A stretch of DNA of 64,000 bases from Eledone cirrhosa (lineage: Eukaryota). A program made the position numbers and the translations under genes. The stretch is from positions 291,462,001 to 291,526,000 of the forward strand of contig OZ024741.1 in NCBI GenBank assembly GCA_964016885.1. Direction: 5' to 3'. The notes beneath the pieces are model-generated. The model did no database searches, had not been told where the DNA came from, and worked only from the letters and a program-made list of their open reading frames with translations. Positions 40,848 to 55,261 of the stretch are shown one piece after another (the first letter of the stretch is position 1; each line of letters starts with the position of its first letter).

Positions 40848-43170
40848 TTTCTCTTTCTCTTAATTTCGAGTATATTTTTTTGACCGGCCACCTTCCTGGT
40901 GGCAAGGTTGTAAAAGAAAAGAAATTGTCATCCCTTGAATCGCAAGAATGTTTTGCATATTTTGAAGGTACCAGCTATCGCAGCCATTTGTAGACTATGA
41001 ATTAGGGAGCTGCGCTTTTTGTCCGCAAATCCAAGTTCGGTCATACTTTGGTCCAAGCGGGTTGGTATATAACCCGTAGCACCAATAATGATGGGTATGA
41101 AGCTAAAGGTGTATCTTGGATACTGGATTTGTAAGCTCCTCATCAATGGTCCATAGATGTCCTCCTTCTCCTGTATTTTTCTGACAACGTTTACATCAAG
41201 TGGGCAGCTGATCTCCACAACAGAACACGTTTTCAATGTGTGGTCCCAAACTACAATATCAGGCCGGTTGTGCTTTAATTTGGTGGCAGTTTTTATTTTC
41301 AGGTTCCACCAGTATTCCTTAGTGCCATCTGTCTCAATATATTCTTCCTCGTTTGTTGTTAATTTTGTTTTCCGAAGTGCGTTCCAGATAGTTCTAGCTA
41401 TCCCATCGTGTCTCATGGGGAGGTAGTAGCGAGATGACATTCTTTCGCAGCTGGCAACAATGTGGCTTACATCCTCGATCTTTGTTTTACATAGCCTACA
41501 TTTATTGTCAGCTGCTGGCCCTCCTCTTTTGTGCAGCAGATATTTGGTAGGGAGTTCTTGTTCCTGTATTGCATAGAGATATCCCTCAAGGTGTGATGTC
41601 ATAAACTGGTCGGAACTCCATGCCAGGCTTTTTGAGTGGTTTATCCCCTCTATGGTCTGTGTTTTACGCCTCAAGTATCCATGCACAACTTTCTCTGTAA
41701 ATTGGTCAATTTTTTTTTCTTGTTTGAACATTGAATAGGATCTTCCGATTTCTCTGGGTGAGAGATTTATATCAGGCTTTATTCCATATCTCTCCTCCAG
41801 ATCAGTCGCTATTCTAATGATATTTCTTTTTTCATGCTCATAAACCTGAGCAAGATGGTCGCCAACCTTTTTCCTCTGTTGAAGGTGTTGCTTCAGTGTT
41901 ACTATCCGGGTTTCATATGTTGTTAATATTGATTTTAGACCCCGGCCACCTTCCGTGCGTGAGAAGTATAGCCTATCCACATCACCATTGATGTTAAAGT
42001 TCCCAGTAACACTGAGAAGTTTACGAGTTCTAACATCCATCTCACTTAGTTCTTGCAATGACCAGTTCAGTAGGCCAAATGTTGGCGTTAGAATTGGCAC
42101 AGCATAGGTATTGTGGGCAATGTATTTGTTGTATGCTGACAGTTCTGATGACCATATTTTTTTTACTCTTCTGAGGTATTCAGTTCTGGTTCTCTCCTTA
42201 TTTATGGGTCCATCATATCTGACATTCTCATCCTGTCCAAGATATCTGTAGTTGTCACCTGACTGCAGAGGTTGTATTGTCAGGCCGTTCATATCTAGAT
42301 TTCTAGAGGAGGGCACAGCTCTTCCACGTTTTACTGCCAAATATGCACACTTGGACTCACCAAATTTCATTTTGATGTCGGTTGAAAATTGTGTAATGAG
42401 GTCCAATTGTTTCTTGATGTCATTGATATTTGGCCCATACAACTTCAGGTCATCAACAAAGAAAAGATGGGAGATACTTCTGGGCCCACTTCTTTGTCCA
42501 CCTTGTTTCCTGAGTAGGTAAGATAGTGGATTCAGTGAGAGAACGAAGAGTAGTACCGACAAGCTATCACCCTGAAAGATGCCCTTCTGGTAATGTATCC
42601 TATCAGTCTTAACCTGCTCCTTCTCACCTCTAAGGATCAAATTGGTGTACCAGTTCTTGGTCAGGCGTTCAACAGCAGCTACTAATGGTTGTGGGACTTT
42701 AGCTAACTGTAAAGCCTTAATAATCCACCCATGAGGTACACTATCAAATGCTTTTTGATAGTCCAGCCACACGACAGTCATGTTTCTGCGATTCTTTGTT
42801 GTTTTTTCCTGAATCATTTTGTTAGTTAGTAGGTGATCTATGCAACCCCACACCTCCCTCTTTCCACCAGCTTGCTCAGGTGTTATGATGTTGTTGGTAG
42901 CACAGTGATCTTGTAAGAACAGGTTAAGGCACCCAGTATATAATTTATACATGATGTTTTGGCAGGCAATTGGGCGGTAATTTTTAGCAAGGGTGGTTTG
43001 GCTATTTTTGGGAATGAGGAGAGTAGTGGCAGTTGATAACCATCTGGGCAGTTCTTGTGTGCCCTTAATGGTTTCTGTAAACAGCCGTATGAGATCTTGC
43101 CGATAGAAAGTGAAATTCTTCAACCAGTATCCTGTAATGAGGTCTGGGCCTGGCGATTTCCTATTCGACA
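40848..43170 (-). mobile_element. 5'-truncated R4/Dong-like non-LTR retrotransposon flanked by (TACA)n
   Basis: Uninterrupted ORF, short 3' UTR, microsatellite at both junctions. Confidence 0.9.
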
Positions 43171-43171
43171 T
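40928..43171 (-). CDS. Reverse transcriptase + CCHC + restriction-like endonuclease (N-truncated)
   Basis: [64 protein letters not shown]. Confidence 0.93.
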   Translation of the reverse strand: MSNRKSPGPDLITGYWLKNFTFYRQDLIRLFTETIKGTQELPRWLSTATTLLIPKNSQTTLAKNYRPIACQNIMYKLYTGCLNLFLQDHCATNNIITPEQAGGKREVWGCIDHLLTNKMIQEKTTKNRRNMTVVWLDYQKAFDSVPHGWIIKALQLAKVPQPLVAAVERLTKNWYTNLILRGEKEQVKTDRIHYQKGIFQGDSLSVLLFVLSLNPLSYLLRKQGGQRSGPRSISHLFFVDDLKLYGPNINDIKKQLDLITQFSTDIKMKFGESKCAYLAVKRGRAVPSSRNLDMNGLTIQPLQSGDNYRYLGQDENVRYDGPINKERTRTEYLRRVKKIWSSELSAYNKYIAHNTYAVPILTPTFGLLNWSLQELSEMDVRTRKLLSVTGNFNINGDVDRLYFSRTEGGRGLKSILTTYETRIVTLKQHLQQRKKVGDHLAQVYEHEKRNIIRIATDLEERYGIKPDINLSPREIGRSYSMFKQEKKIDQFTEKVVHGYLRRKTQTIEGINHSKSLAWSSDQFMTSHLEGYLYAIQEQELPTKYLLHKRGGPAADNKCRLCKTKIEDVSHIVASCERMSSRYYLPMRHDGIARTIWNALRKTKLTTNEEEYIETDGTKEYWWNLKIKTATKLKHNRPDIVVWDHTLKTCSVVEISCPLDVNVVRKIQEKEDIYGPLMRSLQIQYPRYTFSFIPIIIGATGYIPTRLDQSMTELGFADKKRSSLIHSLQMAAIAGTFKICKTFLRFKG

Positions 43172-43245
43172 GTATGTATGTATGTATGTATGTATGTATG
43201 TATGTATGTATGTATGTATGTATGTATGTATGTATGTATGTATGT

Positions 43246-43885
43246 TCTTCTGGTTTTATAATTTCACAAATTTTTTCCACAAATTTTTTCTAACATAGAC
43301 ACAAGACCCTCTCATTGGAATTTACACAACATCAACTAGGTAGATTATGTATGCATGCATGTGTAGATATGGATGTTAGTGTATGTGTGGATGTGGATGT
43401 TTTGGGTTGTATGTGTGCATGTGTATATGCTTTGTATCTGTACATGTGTATATGCAGTTATTAGATGCAAAAGTTTTGGAATGTTTTACATATTTTTACT
43501 GTTCTATTAATGGATTGTACTTGCAATTTGCTAACTAGTTGTGTTCTTTATGTTCCTGTGAAGCCTAGCTTCTCAAGAATTGTATTGAGACAGTTACTAA
43601 CATACCCAAGTGTCCCTATAATCACAGGCATAAATCTGAAAGTGTAATCAGGGGGGAGTATCTGCAGATTTCTCATCAGTTCTGCACAAATATTCTCCTT
43701 TTCGCTAATCTTTGATATTATATTGGCATCTGCTGGGCAGCTAATTTCCACTACTGTGCATGCTTTCTTCTCCCTGTCCCATATCATAATATCTGGTCTG
43801 TTATGCCTGCATTTTATTGGGGATTTACTGGAACATTCAACCAGTACTCTTTCATATTATGTACATGGGTGTCTTCCACATTGCT
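43246..43885 (-). mobile_element. Second, diverged R4/Dong-like 3' fragment flanked by (TACA)n
   Basis: HNRPDIMIWDREKKACTVVEISCPAD..VKICKTF is paralogous to the neighbouring ORF; in-frame stop; different 3' UTR. Confidence 0.85.
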
Positions 43886-44704
43886 GTATGTATGCAGGTA
43901 TGTATGTATGTATGTATGTATGTATGTATGTATGTATGTATGTATGTATGTATGTATGTATGTATGTAGGTAGGTAGGTAGGCATGTCTTCTTTATTGTA
44001 TAGAATTACTTACAGAATCGGCTAGCCAAAATGGCGTGCGTCAGCATTAGGACAAGAACAAACTGTTTCAGCATGATTTCTGTTGATTTTTTCTGGAAAA
44101 TAAAACGAAAATAAATACAAATTATTACTAGTGGTCTGTTGTCATTGTTGTTATTGTTACTGTTATTTTTTATGATGATGATGATGATGATGATGTTGAT
44201 GATGTTGGCAGTGTCTGTAATGATGGTGATGAAAATGATGATTGTTGTTGTTGTTGTGGTGGTGGTGGTTGCTGTAGTAGGTGATGATGAGAAGATACCG
44301 GAGGAGGAAGAGAAGGGGACTATGGTAAGGGAAAGTAAGAGTATATATTCTGTTACGTTACTAGAGAGGAAGACATGCATAACATTCCTACAAAGTTTAC
44401 CAGTTTTTGTAATATATATTCGGCTATCATAATAGGAAAACTTTAACGGAGAAATGTTAATTTGATGTCTTCCTCCCCACCTATCTTTCTCTTTCTCACA
44501 GTGTTGATAAGTAGTTCAGTGGTAAACCAATGCTCTCTTTAGCTATCTAACATTTTATTTTAAGAAAATAAAAACAACACATATCTACCCTTCTATCTAT
44601 CTGTCTTTCCGTCTAGCTGTATGTCTATCTATATGCCGCACTATCACTCCGTCTATCCGTCTAACTATATATCTACATAACATTCTACCTATCTACCTAT
44701 GTAC

Positions 44705-44746
<42 letters not shown>

Positions 44747-47512
44747 TCAGACCACAAATTAGTGACCTGCATGGTCAACCTTGACAGAACTCATAGACAG
44801 GGCCCCGGTTACTGGAAGCTCAACTTGTCCTTGCCGGCAAGTAGAGCCTACAGGAATCGGATTAGTACGTTAGTTAAGGAACGGTTGACTGGAGCGATCG
44901 TCAACAGCAGGTGGTGGGTATCTCTAAAGAGAGAGATTAGAGTAGTCTCGATAGAATTTAGTAAGGTTCTAGCTGCGGATAGGAATAGGAAGGAAAGGGA
45001 GCTAATAGATAGAGTAGAAGAGGCAATTAGAAGCGGCGACGTGGCCAGAGTGCTAGCGTCGAGAACGGCTTTGAGCCAGTTTTTCGACGCGAAGCACGAA
45101 GGCTGCGTTGTCCGAAGTAAAATACGTGCTCTAGGGAACGAGGGGACCAAAGCTGTTAGCTGGGCCCGCGTGACAGAGGCCAACAGTGGAACTAAATCCA
45201 CCATCCGGTCTTTGCGAGACCTGGATGGACGGGCGATTCTTGAGCCTAAGCAGATGTGTGAGGCCTTTCAAAGGCACTTTGCCCGACTGTTCGGGAGGGG
45301 CGGGGAGCCGGTTGGGAACGTGGACTTCGGTCCATACCTCGACGGCCTGCCGCGCCTCTCGGACAGGGAGGCGAAGTCCTGCGAGGAGCCGATTTCGGCC
45401 GCTGAGATAGAGGACGTGCTGAGCCAATGCGGCAAACGCAAATCCCCGGGTCTCGATGGTCTTCCTTACGAATTATATCTAGCTATGCCGGACTTGTTCC
45501 CCGATCTCCTCGAGGCGGTCTACTGCAACTGGCAACAGAACGGGAGAATTCCCTGTACTGTGACCAAGGGCGTAGTCACGCTAGTGAGGAAGGACGAGAA
45601 CAAGGGGGATGAAATAAGTAACTTCAGGCCCATAACACTGCTAAATACAGAGTTACAGATTTTGGCCAAGGTGCTAGCAAAGAGGTTGGCGCTTGTCGTG
45701 GGCAACCTGGTGGGAGATGCGCAGACATGCGCTATCCCGTCCAGGTCCATCCATGACAACCTCCACCTCATGCGATACATCATAGAGAGGGTTGGGAACG
45801 AACCCGGCTTTGGTGGGGCTCTGATCAACTTGGATCAATCTAAGGCGTTCGATAGGGTCGACCATGGTTACCTGGATGCGGTGCTAGCGGCGGCAGGCTT
45901 CGGACCCGTTTTCAGGGGCTGGATCACTGCTATGCACAGCAGCCGCATCTGCTCTAGGGTCAAGGTGAACGGCTACTTCTCGGAGCCGTTCAAAATCGCG
46001 CGGTCCATCCGACAAGGGTGCCCTCTCTCCTCCCTTCTGTATGTGTTGACTCTCGAGCCACTACTGCGGAAGTTGGAGTTGTTGCAGGGCATCCCTTTGG
46101 AACCGGGATTGCGGAAAGCGGTGTCGGCCTACGCCGATGACGTGACAGTAATGGTGTCGACGGCCTCCGAAATCGAGGCGGTCGGCACCTTACTGGAGGA
46201 GTACGAAAAGTTCACAGGGGCTAAGCTGAACCGGGACAAGTCGATCGGTTTGCAACTCGGTACATGGAGGGGCAGACCGATGCCCTCCGATAGCGTCGTC
46301 GGACGCTGGACGGAGGGCCCGGTGAAGTTGCTCGGGGTCTGGTTCGGACCGGACCTCCAGGTGGAGAAAAACTGGGCGGAGGTTACGAACAGGGTGTTTG
46401 CACTGACCCAGAAGTGGGCCAGTTGCAAACTATCCCTGAAAGGTCGGGCGGAGGTGGCGAACACCTACATAGCGTCCGTCATCTACTACCGCCTGACCGT
46501 AGTGCCCTGCCCAAGGGAAACCCTCACCAAGATGGAGCGCGCGCTCTTCCAATTCCTTTGGAAGAGGCGGGCTCCTATGGTGAGGAGATCCATCTGCTGT
46601 CAACACCCTTCGAAAGGAGGGCTGGGGATGCCGTGGCTAATGATGCGTAAACACGCATTAAGGCTACGGCACCTCTACGTATTCCTCACCGGACAACCGG
46701 TGTGGGCCTCGTTTGTGAGACGAACCTTTCCCAGACTCGTCTCACTCACCGAGCTGCAATCCTGGGTCAAGCAAAGACCGAGAAAACTGGGCGCCTGGCA
46801 CACTGAGTGTGCCCAGGCGCTCACCGCCCTCTGGCAGGCGGATCCGGTTATCAGTGGAGACTCCACCGCAACATTCTATAGAGGGCTGGTGCGCAGCAGG
46901 TGCGACGACGCCCTCGGAGAAGCCCTAGACATGGAGGAGGACGAACTGGCCAGCCTGTTCGGTAGGACATTCAGCCCGGGACCTATGGACAACTTCCAGA
47001 AGTCCCTGGCCTGGCAGTGCTACCGAGGGGCTTTACCCGTTCGAGAAAGGCTCTACAGACACGGGCGCCCGGGTAGGGACCCCGCCAAAAAGATCTGTCC
47101 CAGATGCGTGTGCGACGAGGAAACCGTTGCACACGCATTAGTACACTGCTCGGGCGTAGCCGATCTGTGGGGCTATGTCGAACAACTGCTGTCAAGGGTG
47201 GGACCGATCCGGTTGACCACCGAGTCTATTGTAATGATCAAGCCGCCTCCCCCCTTCAAAGATGAAGCAGAGGCGGTGTTTCTGTGCGTAATAGCCATGG
47301 CGAAAGAGGTTGTATGGTGGACGCGTCTGAAAGGACTGAGGTCGGGCACCTTTCTCTCTGGCCAACAACTGGTCCGTTTCTTCCGATATCATTTCGGAAG
47401 AAGGATCAGGATGGAGAGAGAGGTGCTGCACCCCAGCCGTTTCTATGAAAGATGGGTGAAAGTGGCGAGAATGGCCCGTGTGAATGGGCCTTCACTCTAC
47501 ATCAGACTATAG
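44747..47512 (+). CDS. Tx1/L1-like ORF2 (APE C-terminus, RT, zf-RVT)
   Basis: SDHKLV, YWKLN, KSPGLDGLP, FRPITLLN, LDQSKAFDRVDH, RQGCPLS, YADD, CPRC..ETVAHALVHC; no stops. The track's start at 44699 lies in the microsatellite. Confidence 0.95.
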   Translation, partial: SDHKLVTCMVNLDRTHRQGPGYWKLNLSLPASRAYRNRISTLVKERLTGAIVNSRWWVSLKREIRVVSIEFSKVLAADRNRKERELIDRVEEAIRSGDVARVLASRTALSQFFDAKHEGCVVRSKIRALGNEGTKAVSWARVTEANSGTKSTIRSLRDLDGRAILEPKQMCEAFQRHFARLFGRGGEPVGNVDFGPYLDGLPRLSDREAKSCEEPISAAEIEDVLSQCGKRKSPGLDGLPYELYLAMPDLFPDLLEAVYCNWQQNGRIPCTVTKGVVTLVRKDENKGDEISNFRPITLLNTELQILAKVLAKRLALVVGNLVGDAQTCAIPSRSIHDNLHLMRYIIERVGNEPGFGGALINLDQSKAFDRVDHGYLDAVLAAAGFGPVFRGWITAMHSSRICSRVKVNGYFSEPFKIARSIRQGCPLSSLLYVLTLEPLLRKLELLQGIPLEPGLRKAVSAYADDVTVMVSTASEIEAVGTLLEEYEKFTGAKLNRDKSIGLQLGTWRGRPMPSDSVVGRWTEGPVKLLGVWFGPDLQVEKNWAEVTNRVFALTQKWASCKLSLKGRAEVANTYIASVIYYRLTVVPCPRETLTKMERALFQFLWKRRAPMVRRSICCQHPSKGGLGMPWLMMRKHALRLRHLYVFLTGQPVWASFVRRTFPRLVSLTELQSWVKQRPRKLGAWHTECAQALTALWQADPVISGDSTATFYRGLVRSRCDDALGEALDMEEDELASLFGRTFSPGPMDNFQKSLAWQCYRGALPVRERLYRHGRPGRDPAKKICPRCVCDEETVAHALVHCSGVADLWGYVEQLLSRVGPIRLTTESIVMIKPPPPFKDEAEAVFLCVIAMAKEVVWWTRLKGLRSGTFLSGQQLVRFFRYHFGRRIRMEREVLHPSRFYERWVKVARMARVNGPSLYIRL

Positions 47513-47776
47513 GTGAGGAAGATGAAAGACCAAGGGAGCACCCCTTCTCTGTGCTCCTGAGGAGAAGGGTTGCACACTTTTTTCGGGGGTGTGTGCGACC
47601 CCCCAAGGCGCCTCCTCTCTATTGAGGATTTTGTTAAAAATTTTATTTTTTGTTATATCTTATTTTATTTTTATATTTTGTTATTTCCTCCTCCTTATTG
47701 AGGACGCCTTTTTGTGTAAACTCCCCCCTTTGTACTTGTCCCACTTTTGATGCCCTAGTGGCAAATAAAAGAAATA
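44747..47776 (+). mobile_element. Young 5'-truncated Tx1-clade LINE inside (TATC)n
   Basis: GC-rich island; starts at the last APE motif SDH; AATAAA at 47765; (TATC)n on both sides. Confidence 0.93.
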
Positions 47777-47934
47777 TATCTATCTATCTATCTATCTATC
47801 TATCTACCTACCCATCTCTCCACTTATCTGTCTGCCGGACGAATGTATCTATTTTTCGATAAGAACAACAATAACGACAACAAACGAAAAATCATCCCTT
47901 CACCAGTCCAAATATATGTATATATATATGTATA

Positions 47935-47987
<53 letters not shown>

Positions 47988-48161
47988 TATAAGAGTAAAG
48001 GAACAAGGATTCAGATTTGCATCATAACATATTTAATAACATATTACATATGTTTCACTATCGATCAGCTCGAGGAAAGACTTATTATAGATCGAACCTC
48101 ACTCTGTAATCGAAAGAGCATCATATGTATTTCCTATGTGATCTCGTCTCCGATTCTATAT

Positions 48162-48325
48162 AGAACTGTTTTATTCGGAAGAAATCATCAGGAAATCCTG
48201 ATGATTTCTTCCGAATGAAACTGTTCTTATCCTTTAGAAGCCATTTCTATATTAAATATGTATACTCTGCGATGTATTGAGTACCTTACTTACTGTGGTT
48301 ACCCCCGATTGAACAAGGGATAAAC
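48162..48325 (+). repeat. Short hairpin centred on a 5'-truncated HHR core; inverted homolog at 51459-51588
   Basis: attcggaagaaatcatcagga-aa-tcCTGATGAtttcttccgaatGAAAc; the downstream 120 bp match the reverse complement of 51459-51580. Confidence 0.75.
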
Positions 48326-48362
48326 ATATATATATATATATATATATACATAGATACAGAGA

Positions 48363-48440
<78 letters not shown>

Positions 48441-48954
48441 GGAGAGATGGGTGGATAGACAGATAAATAGATTTTTATATTTTTTCTTCTTTTTCTGGTG
48501 TGTAATTGGTTGTTTGATTACTTTTATTTTACCACATGGTATATGTTTTCCTATGTCTGTTTTGCTTGTTTGTGTTCATTTATTCTTTTCGATACGTCTA
48601 TAATTATTCTATTTAATGTAAGCATTGTAATGGCTATGTTAATAATTTCTCTGTTGTAGACTTGATACCACGATTCTCTTTCAGTTTTTTTTTAGTGAAA
48701 CTCATATTATTGGGCTTCCCTTTTGTATGCTTGTAGTGGCGTTTTCCTTTTCTTCATTCACGCGAAAATTTGGTTGGTTTATCAGGGGAGAAGCAAATGA
48801 TTATTTTCCAAACTTGTGATGGCGGTAGCCAGGTGTGTGGAGAAGATTTGTTGTAGATTACGTGATGAAATGTTTGTGTGTGTGTGTGTATGTGTGTGTG
48901 AATACTTAAGGAGTTTATTTGAGATATGCTACTATTTCATCACTTTATTACTAT

Positions 48955-49018
<64 letters not shown>

Positions 49019-49147
49019 TGTTGTTGTAGTAGCAGTAGTAGTCGTTTCTGAAAACTAAGATATATACGTATATCTTAGTTATATATAATACTATGTATTA
49101 TATATGTTCATACATCCACGTGCACGCGTACACACACACACGCACAC

Positions 49148-49237
<90 letters not shown>

Positions 49238-49719
49238 GAAGAGGAGGAGATCACTGTTTTCGTTTAGTTTCAATACGAAAGATTATCAAACATTTCCAAA
49301 CTGTGAAAGACCACACACTTCTCAAAAAATCATGGTTTATAACTAGTTGATATCAGTCACACCTAAACCCACCAATTCACCTTGTGATACTGGTGTTATC
49401 GATGTTGAAATTGCGATCAGTGAAATATAACAAATATTTCGCTGAGTTACTTAAACAATAATCCCAAAGAGAAAAGAGAAAAAATGACGAATTTTTTTAC
49501 AATAAGCCCTAAGAAATAAAAACCTCGTTCAATCGTCTGCAGATGTTTACTAAAAATAGAAGAAAGTCTTCGCTGAAAAGCGGGTATTCATTCTCATATC
49601 TGCTCAGGGCAAAGCAGTTAATTAATGTAGAAATTAACTAAATATCTACCAAAAGGGTATAAACTACCAGAACTAATCTAATGTGGCCATGTCAATCTTA
49701 GAAACTGCATTCACAAAAT

Positions 49720-50047
<328 letters not shown>

Positions 50048-50371
50048 GTGTGTGTGTGTGTGTAAACTGTTTCTCAATGAATAACAGGAAACCGAGGTAT
50101 GTTGAAATATTGAATGATGCTCCGTCAATATACCGTTTGCAAACTGGTGCCTCTAACATAAAACAGGCATTTATGGCTCGGTAACACCCGAGGTAGCCGC
50201 AGGGGCGCCGTATTAACACACGGAGTTTCTAAGGCATATTTTAAACCTGGTGGAGCCCAATCCTCTTGAGGTCTGAATACAGTTATTTCCTCCAGAGAAG
50301 GATAGAGAGAGTGAGAAAATGGAAGTGAGAAAGAGATATAGAGGAAGAATTCAGCGTAGTGCTACACATAC

Positions 50372-51236
50372 TTTTTTATCGACCTTGAATGGATGAAAGC
50401 CAAAGTTGACTTCGGCAGGATTTAAACTCAGAGAGCAGAGGGCCGAAACGAATACTACAAAGCATTCTATCCGACGTTCTAACGAGTCTGCCTATTCGCC
50501 TCCTAACACTACCAAAAAACTTAGCCCAAATTAGATATCTTTGAGAAATGGGCGTGCCTGTATTCAGTTTGCTTAGAAACATGAGTTGGACGGCTTTAGA
50601 CTGCCTAAAATCTAGAGTTTGGATAAACTAATATGTTATTTGTTTGTCTCTGACTATCAAGTTTAAATTTGTTTTGTACAGGAGAAGTCTTTCACCCAGG
50701 ATACACGAATCCGTTAAATGTCATGTTTCGGGGTTGTGTATATAGAAAAGGGTTTATCCTATGCAACAGATCAATAGCATCATGAATTCTACATCATTTG
50801 AAGATCTTAGAGAAGATTATGTTTCCATATTTCAAGCGGATATTTTTTGCATAACAAGACTCAACGCAGGATGATCGAGGAATTCATTAAAAGTAAGATC
50901 TGAGTTTCTAAAGTGGCCAGGATATTCAGAGAATATTTATGGAAACTTTTCCAATATAAGAATGTCAAGAAATTAATTGAATTGGATTATTTCGTAGCAT
51001 AGAGTTACAGCCCTTTACGTCTTTAGTTCAAATGACGCCGAGGTTAGCTTTGCTTTTCTTCTTTACGGGGTCGATAAAATAAAGAACCAGTAATATACTG
51101 GTATAATTGCTGGCCTTGTGCCAAAAGTAGAAACAATTATTTATATATATATAAAGCACCAGTAATGCACTGAGGTCGATTTAATCAACTTTCTTCTCCC
51201 CCCGAATTGCTGGCCTTGTGCCTAAAGTAGAAATCC
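50372..51236. mobile_element. Diverged SINE copies (50372-50500 minus; 50985-51140 and 51150-51236 plus)
   Basis: SINE core and tail matches. Confidence 0.75.
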
Positions 51237-51395
51237 TTATATCAATAGAAACAATGAATATATTCGTGTTAGTATGATTATAAAATATGGAGATTGAATG
51301 GCTCAGGCTATCATTCCGTTTAAAAGATTTCTTAATCCTACCAAATAATAGTGCCAAATAATTTCATTCTTTACAATTTCACTGCACACATTTCG

Positions 51396-51443
<48 letters not shown>

Positions 51444-51596
51444 CTGTGTGTGTGTGTGTTTATCCTGGGTTCAATCGGGGGTAATCACAGTAAGTAAGGT
51501 ATTCAATACATAACAGAGTATAAATATTTATAGAGAAATGGCTTCTACTGGACTAGAACTGTTTCATTCGGGAGAAATCATCATCATCATATATAT

Positions 51597-51798
<202 letters not shown>

Positions 51799-51799
51799 T

Positions 51800-52560
51800 A
51801 TGATAACTTTGATAGGTTTCGGCCAGTATTGGCCAAGGTCGTGTTTAACTTAATAGCACCACCATATCATGATTTAGACACCATAACTCACTTAAGTAGA
51901 GAGTTATTGTTTACGGAGAGATATCCGGGTGTAGGAGGTTTACCCGGGACTTTTTGAAGGAATTTGTCCAAAGACGTTTTGAATATTATGGGATCTGTTT
52001 CTGTTTGAATGTGTTTCGCTGTGATGTTAAAGAGAGCAGGATCAGTTGAGGTGAACTAATTGTGCCGTAATGTTATGTATTGCAAATTTGATTTTTGTTG
52101 TGGGCAGATAACACGGGGCTCAAACGTTAGGTGTATTTTAAAGATGATGCCAATATCATTTGCCAAATACTGATGGGATATTGTCCACGTCATGCAGGTA
52201 ATGTAGCACTCACGGCGGCGTTGGAGAGAGTAGAGTTTGAGCTTTTCTAGTCAACCCCAATAGTCAAGGCCTGTCATGCTAACTATATTTTTGTGATTGA
52301 CATTTGAGATGCTTCAATTTTCATAACAATTTGTTTCGTGTGGGGAGAATACAATGGACAGTATTCAAGGTGGGGTCGGACAAAAGTAGAGAAGAGAAGG
52401 AAAATTTTGAGGTATCTCTGGAAAGATCTGAGAATCCAGGAACGCATCCTTATATATATTGAGTACTCTGGTGCGTTATGGTCCACTTGGTATCTTATAA
52501 CACCCTCTTTGCTATATATATTTACTAGTTTTGAATCAGATGATCTCATTCACTAGATGT
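51800..52560 (-). mobile_element. CR1/L2-group LINE 3' fossil
   Basis: FSTFVRPHLEYC..SPH, LEKLKLYSLQRRR, FKTSLDKFLQKVPGKPPTPGY..NSLL; stops present. Confidence 0.8.
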
Positions 52561-52808
52561 TTTGTTTATTATGGCTTTGTTTTCTGAGTGTCTTATTTAC
52601 GTATATGGATATTAGATGATTGCTTTGCGTTTTATCTGGGTGTGTCTCCGTTCGGAATTGTGTGTTTAACGGTCCTAAATGATTGTTTGCATATATATAC
52701 AGTAAATATGTGTATAGAGAATATATGTATAATATATGCGTATGTATATTTAGGGTAGTTATTGACGGGAAATAGACTAGCTGGAGCAATAACGGTCTTA
52801 TTTACGCT

Positions 52809-52842
<34 letters not shown>

Positions 52843-52873
52843 AACGTAAATATGTATATATATATAAACGTAA

Positions 52874-52970
<97 letters not shown>

Positions 52971-53127
52971 TATTTATACAAATATATATATATATATAGT
53001 TAATAAATTAAACACAGGAGGCAATTTGACACAGTTATACTTGGGTCACGCTTGATATAAACATATATATGCGTGTGTATGTTTATGCTTGCCTATCTGC
53101 CTGTCTGTCCGTGCGCGCGCGCGTGTG

Positions 53128-53170
<43 letters not shown>

Positions 53171-53397
53171 GTGTGTCTTTGCCTGGGTTTTGTCTTGTAA
53201 ACTATAAGTTCGACGAAAGGGATCGATATACTAAGTAAAAATAATCGAAAAGTTAATATATATATATCACCAGTCGATCGACGAGATCCCAGACCTCATT
53301 TGCTTAACGAGTGGGGTGGAGCTCGATAAATCGGACCGAGGGAACAATGTTTCCAATGGTCTTTCAATTGCTAATACTATTTGTCGGTTGCAAATCC

Positions 53398-53442
<45 letters not shown>

Positions 53443-53496
53443 GTATATAAACAAAAAAAAAATTATATATACAGCTGGTTGCTGTAACATGTAAAA

Positions 53497-53598
<102 letters not shown>

Positions 53599-53685
53599 CA
53601 TATATAGTATACATATATATATACACATATATATATATATATATATATGTTATATATATATATATATATATATAACATATATAGT

Positions 53686-53751
<66 letters not shown>

Positions 53752-53865
53752 CATATATAGTATACATATATATAGTAAACATGAAATATAAATCAGGGTG
53801 TGGTGATGCCAATATAGTGACGACATAGATAGTACTTACCAAACTATATGAAATTGTAAATAAAT

Positions 53866-54040
53866 AATTGTTTCTACTTTTGGCACAAAGCCACCAACTA
53901 TACCAGTGTATTACTGGTACTTTATTTTATCGATCCCGTAAGGATGAAAGGCAAAGTAAACCTCGGCGGGATTTGAACTCAGATCATAAAGGGCCGTAAC
54001 TCTTTGCGTCAGACCCTCTACCGATACTGCCAATCCACCG
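53866..54040 (-). mobile_element. SINE copy
   Basis: Tail, core, B-box and head on the minus strand. Confidence 0.9.
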
Positions 54041-54849
54041 AACAATTGTGTACTACGCACTGATGCTTTCCTATTTACACTTAACTAAAAATTAAAGACA
54101 CTCCTTTCTATGGAGTAAAATATAACAATAGCAATAACTCGTGTCACAGCGGTAATATAATTGTAATAATAACTATACTTACGAATTAATGATATAACTT
54201 GTGTCCTTTTAGTACGACAATTCTCTGTATGCTCTCTTATATGTAAATATATATGTTGTTATATATTTATATATATAGTGTGTTAAGTTGTTCTTTCCGC
54301 TCTTGTAGTTTTAATTCAATAGAAAGCTACGTCTATGCCGTTAGGAATCAGAACAAGCTGGTTATATTTATAGAGACGTACAAGTGCATGTGTGCTTACG
54401 TATGTATGTAAGTGTGTATGTATATATGGTGTGTGTGTGTGCGCGCACGTAGATTCTACGTCATATATTGTGGCTTGGGTCGTTCGCTGATTCGTTTATT
54501 CAGTCGTTCGTAGTATTGACGACTTATGAAGGGGCGGTACGATGAATTAAGAGAAACACATGTGACAGCACATAAAGGAGAAAAGCGATAGAGAGAGAGA
54601 GTGGGAGTGGTAGGTGGGGGTAATAAAGAGGAGTGTATGAGGAACTATAAGAATAGAGATGCTGATAAAAGAAGAATGGGTGAGGTAATGAGAAGACAAA
54701 TTAGAGAAGAATGGTAAGAGAAATGAAACAATGGGAAGGCGGGAAAAAGACGGATATGACGGAACATTGATTAAGAAAAGATTAAGGAAGTAAATATTTT
54801 GATGTCGACGACATGAAAGCACCCATATACATACATACATACATGCATG

Positions 54850-54961
<112 letters not shown>

Positions 54962-55144
54962 TAAACGGAATAGAAAATGCTGACAAATTGTTCACAGTGA
55001 AAAATAGTTTAATTAGGAATAAGTGAGAATTAGTAATTGTATTGGTTAGTATTCAGCTTTGGTTTTAAGTTTTACCGGTTGCGCATTTCTAATGCTTTTC
55101 AAAAATAATTTTGAGATAGAGCGTCCGTGATGTTTGCTCTGATC

Positions 55145-55228
<84 letters not shown>

Positions 55229-55261
55229 TATATATATACATATAAATATATGTATATATAT

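Noticed and set aside
44845-47431. Antisense and alternate-frame ORFs over the Tx1 element
   Set aside because: Shadow ORFs of a GC-rich coding sequence
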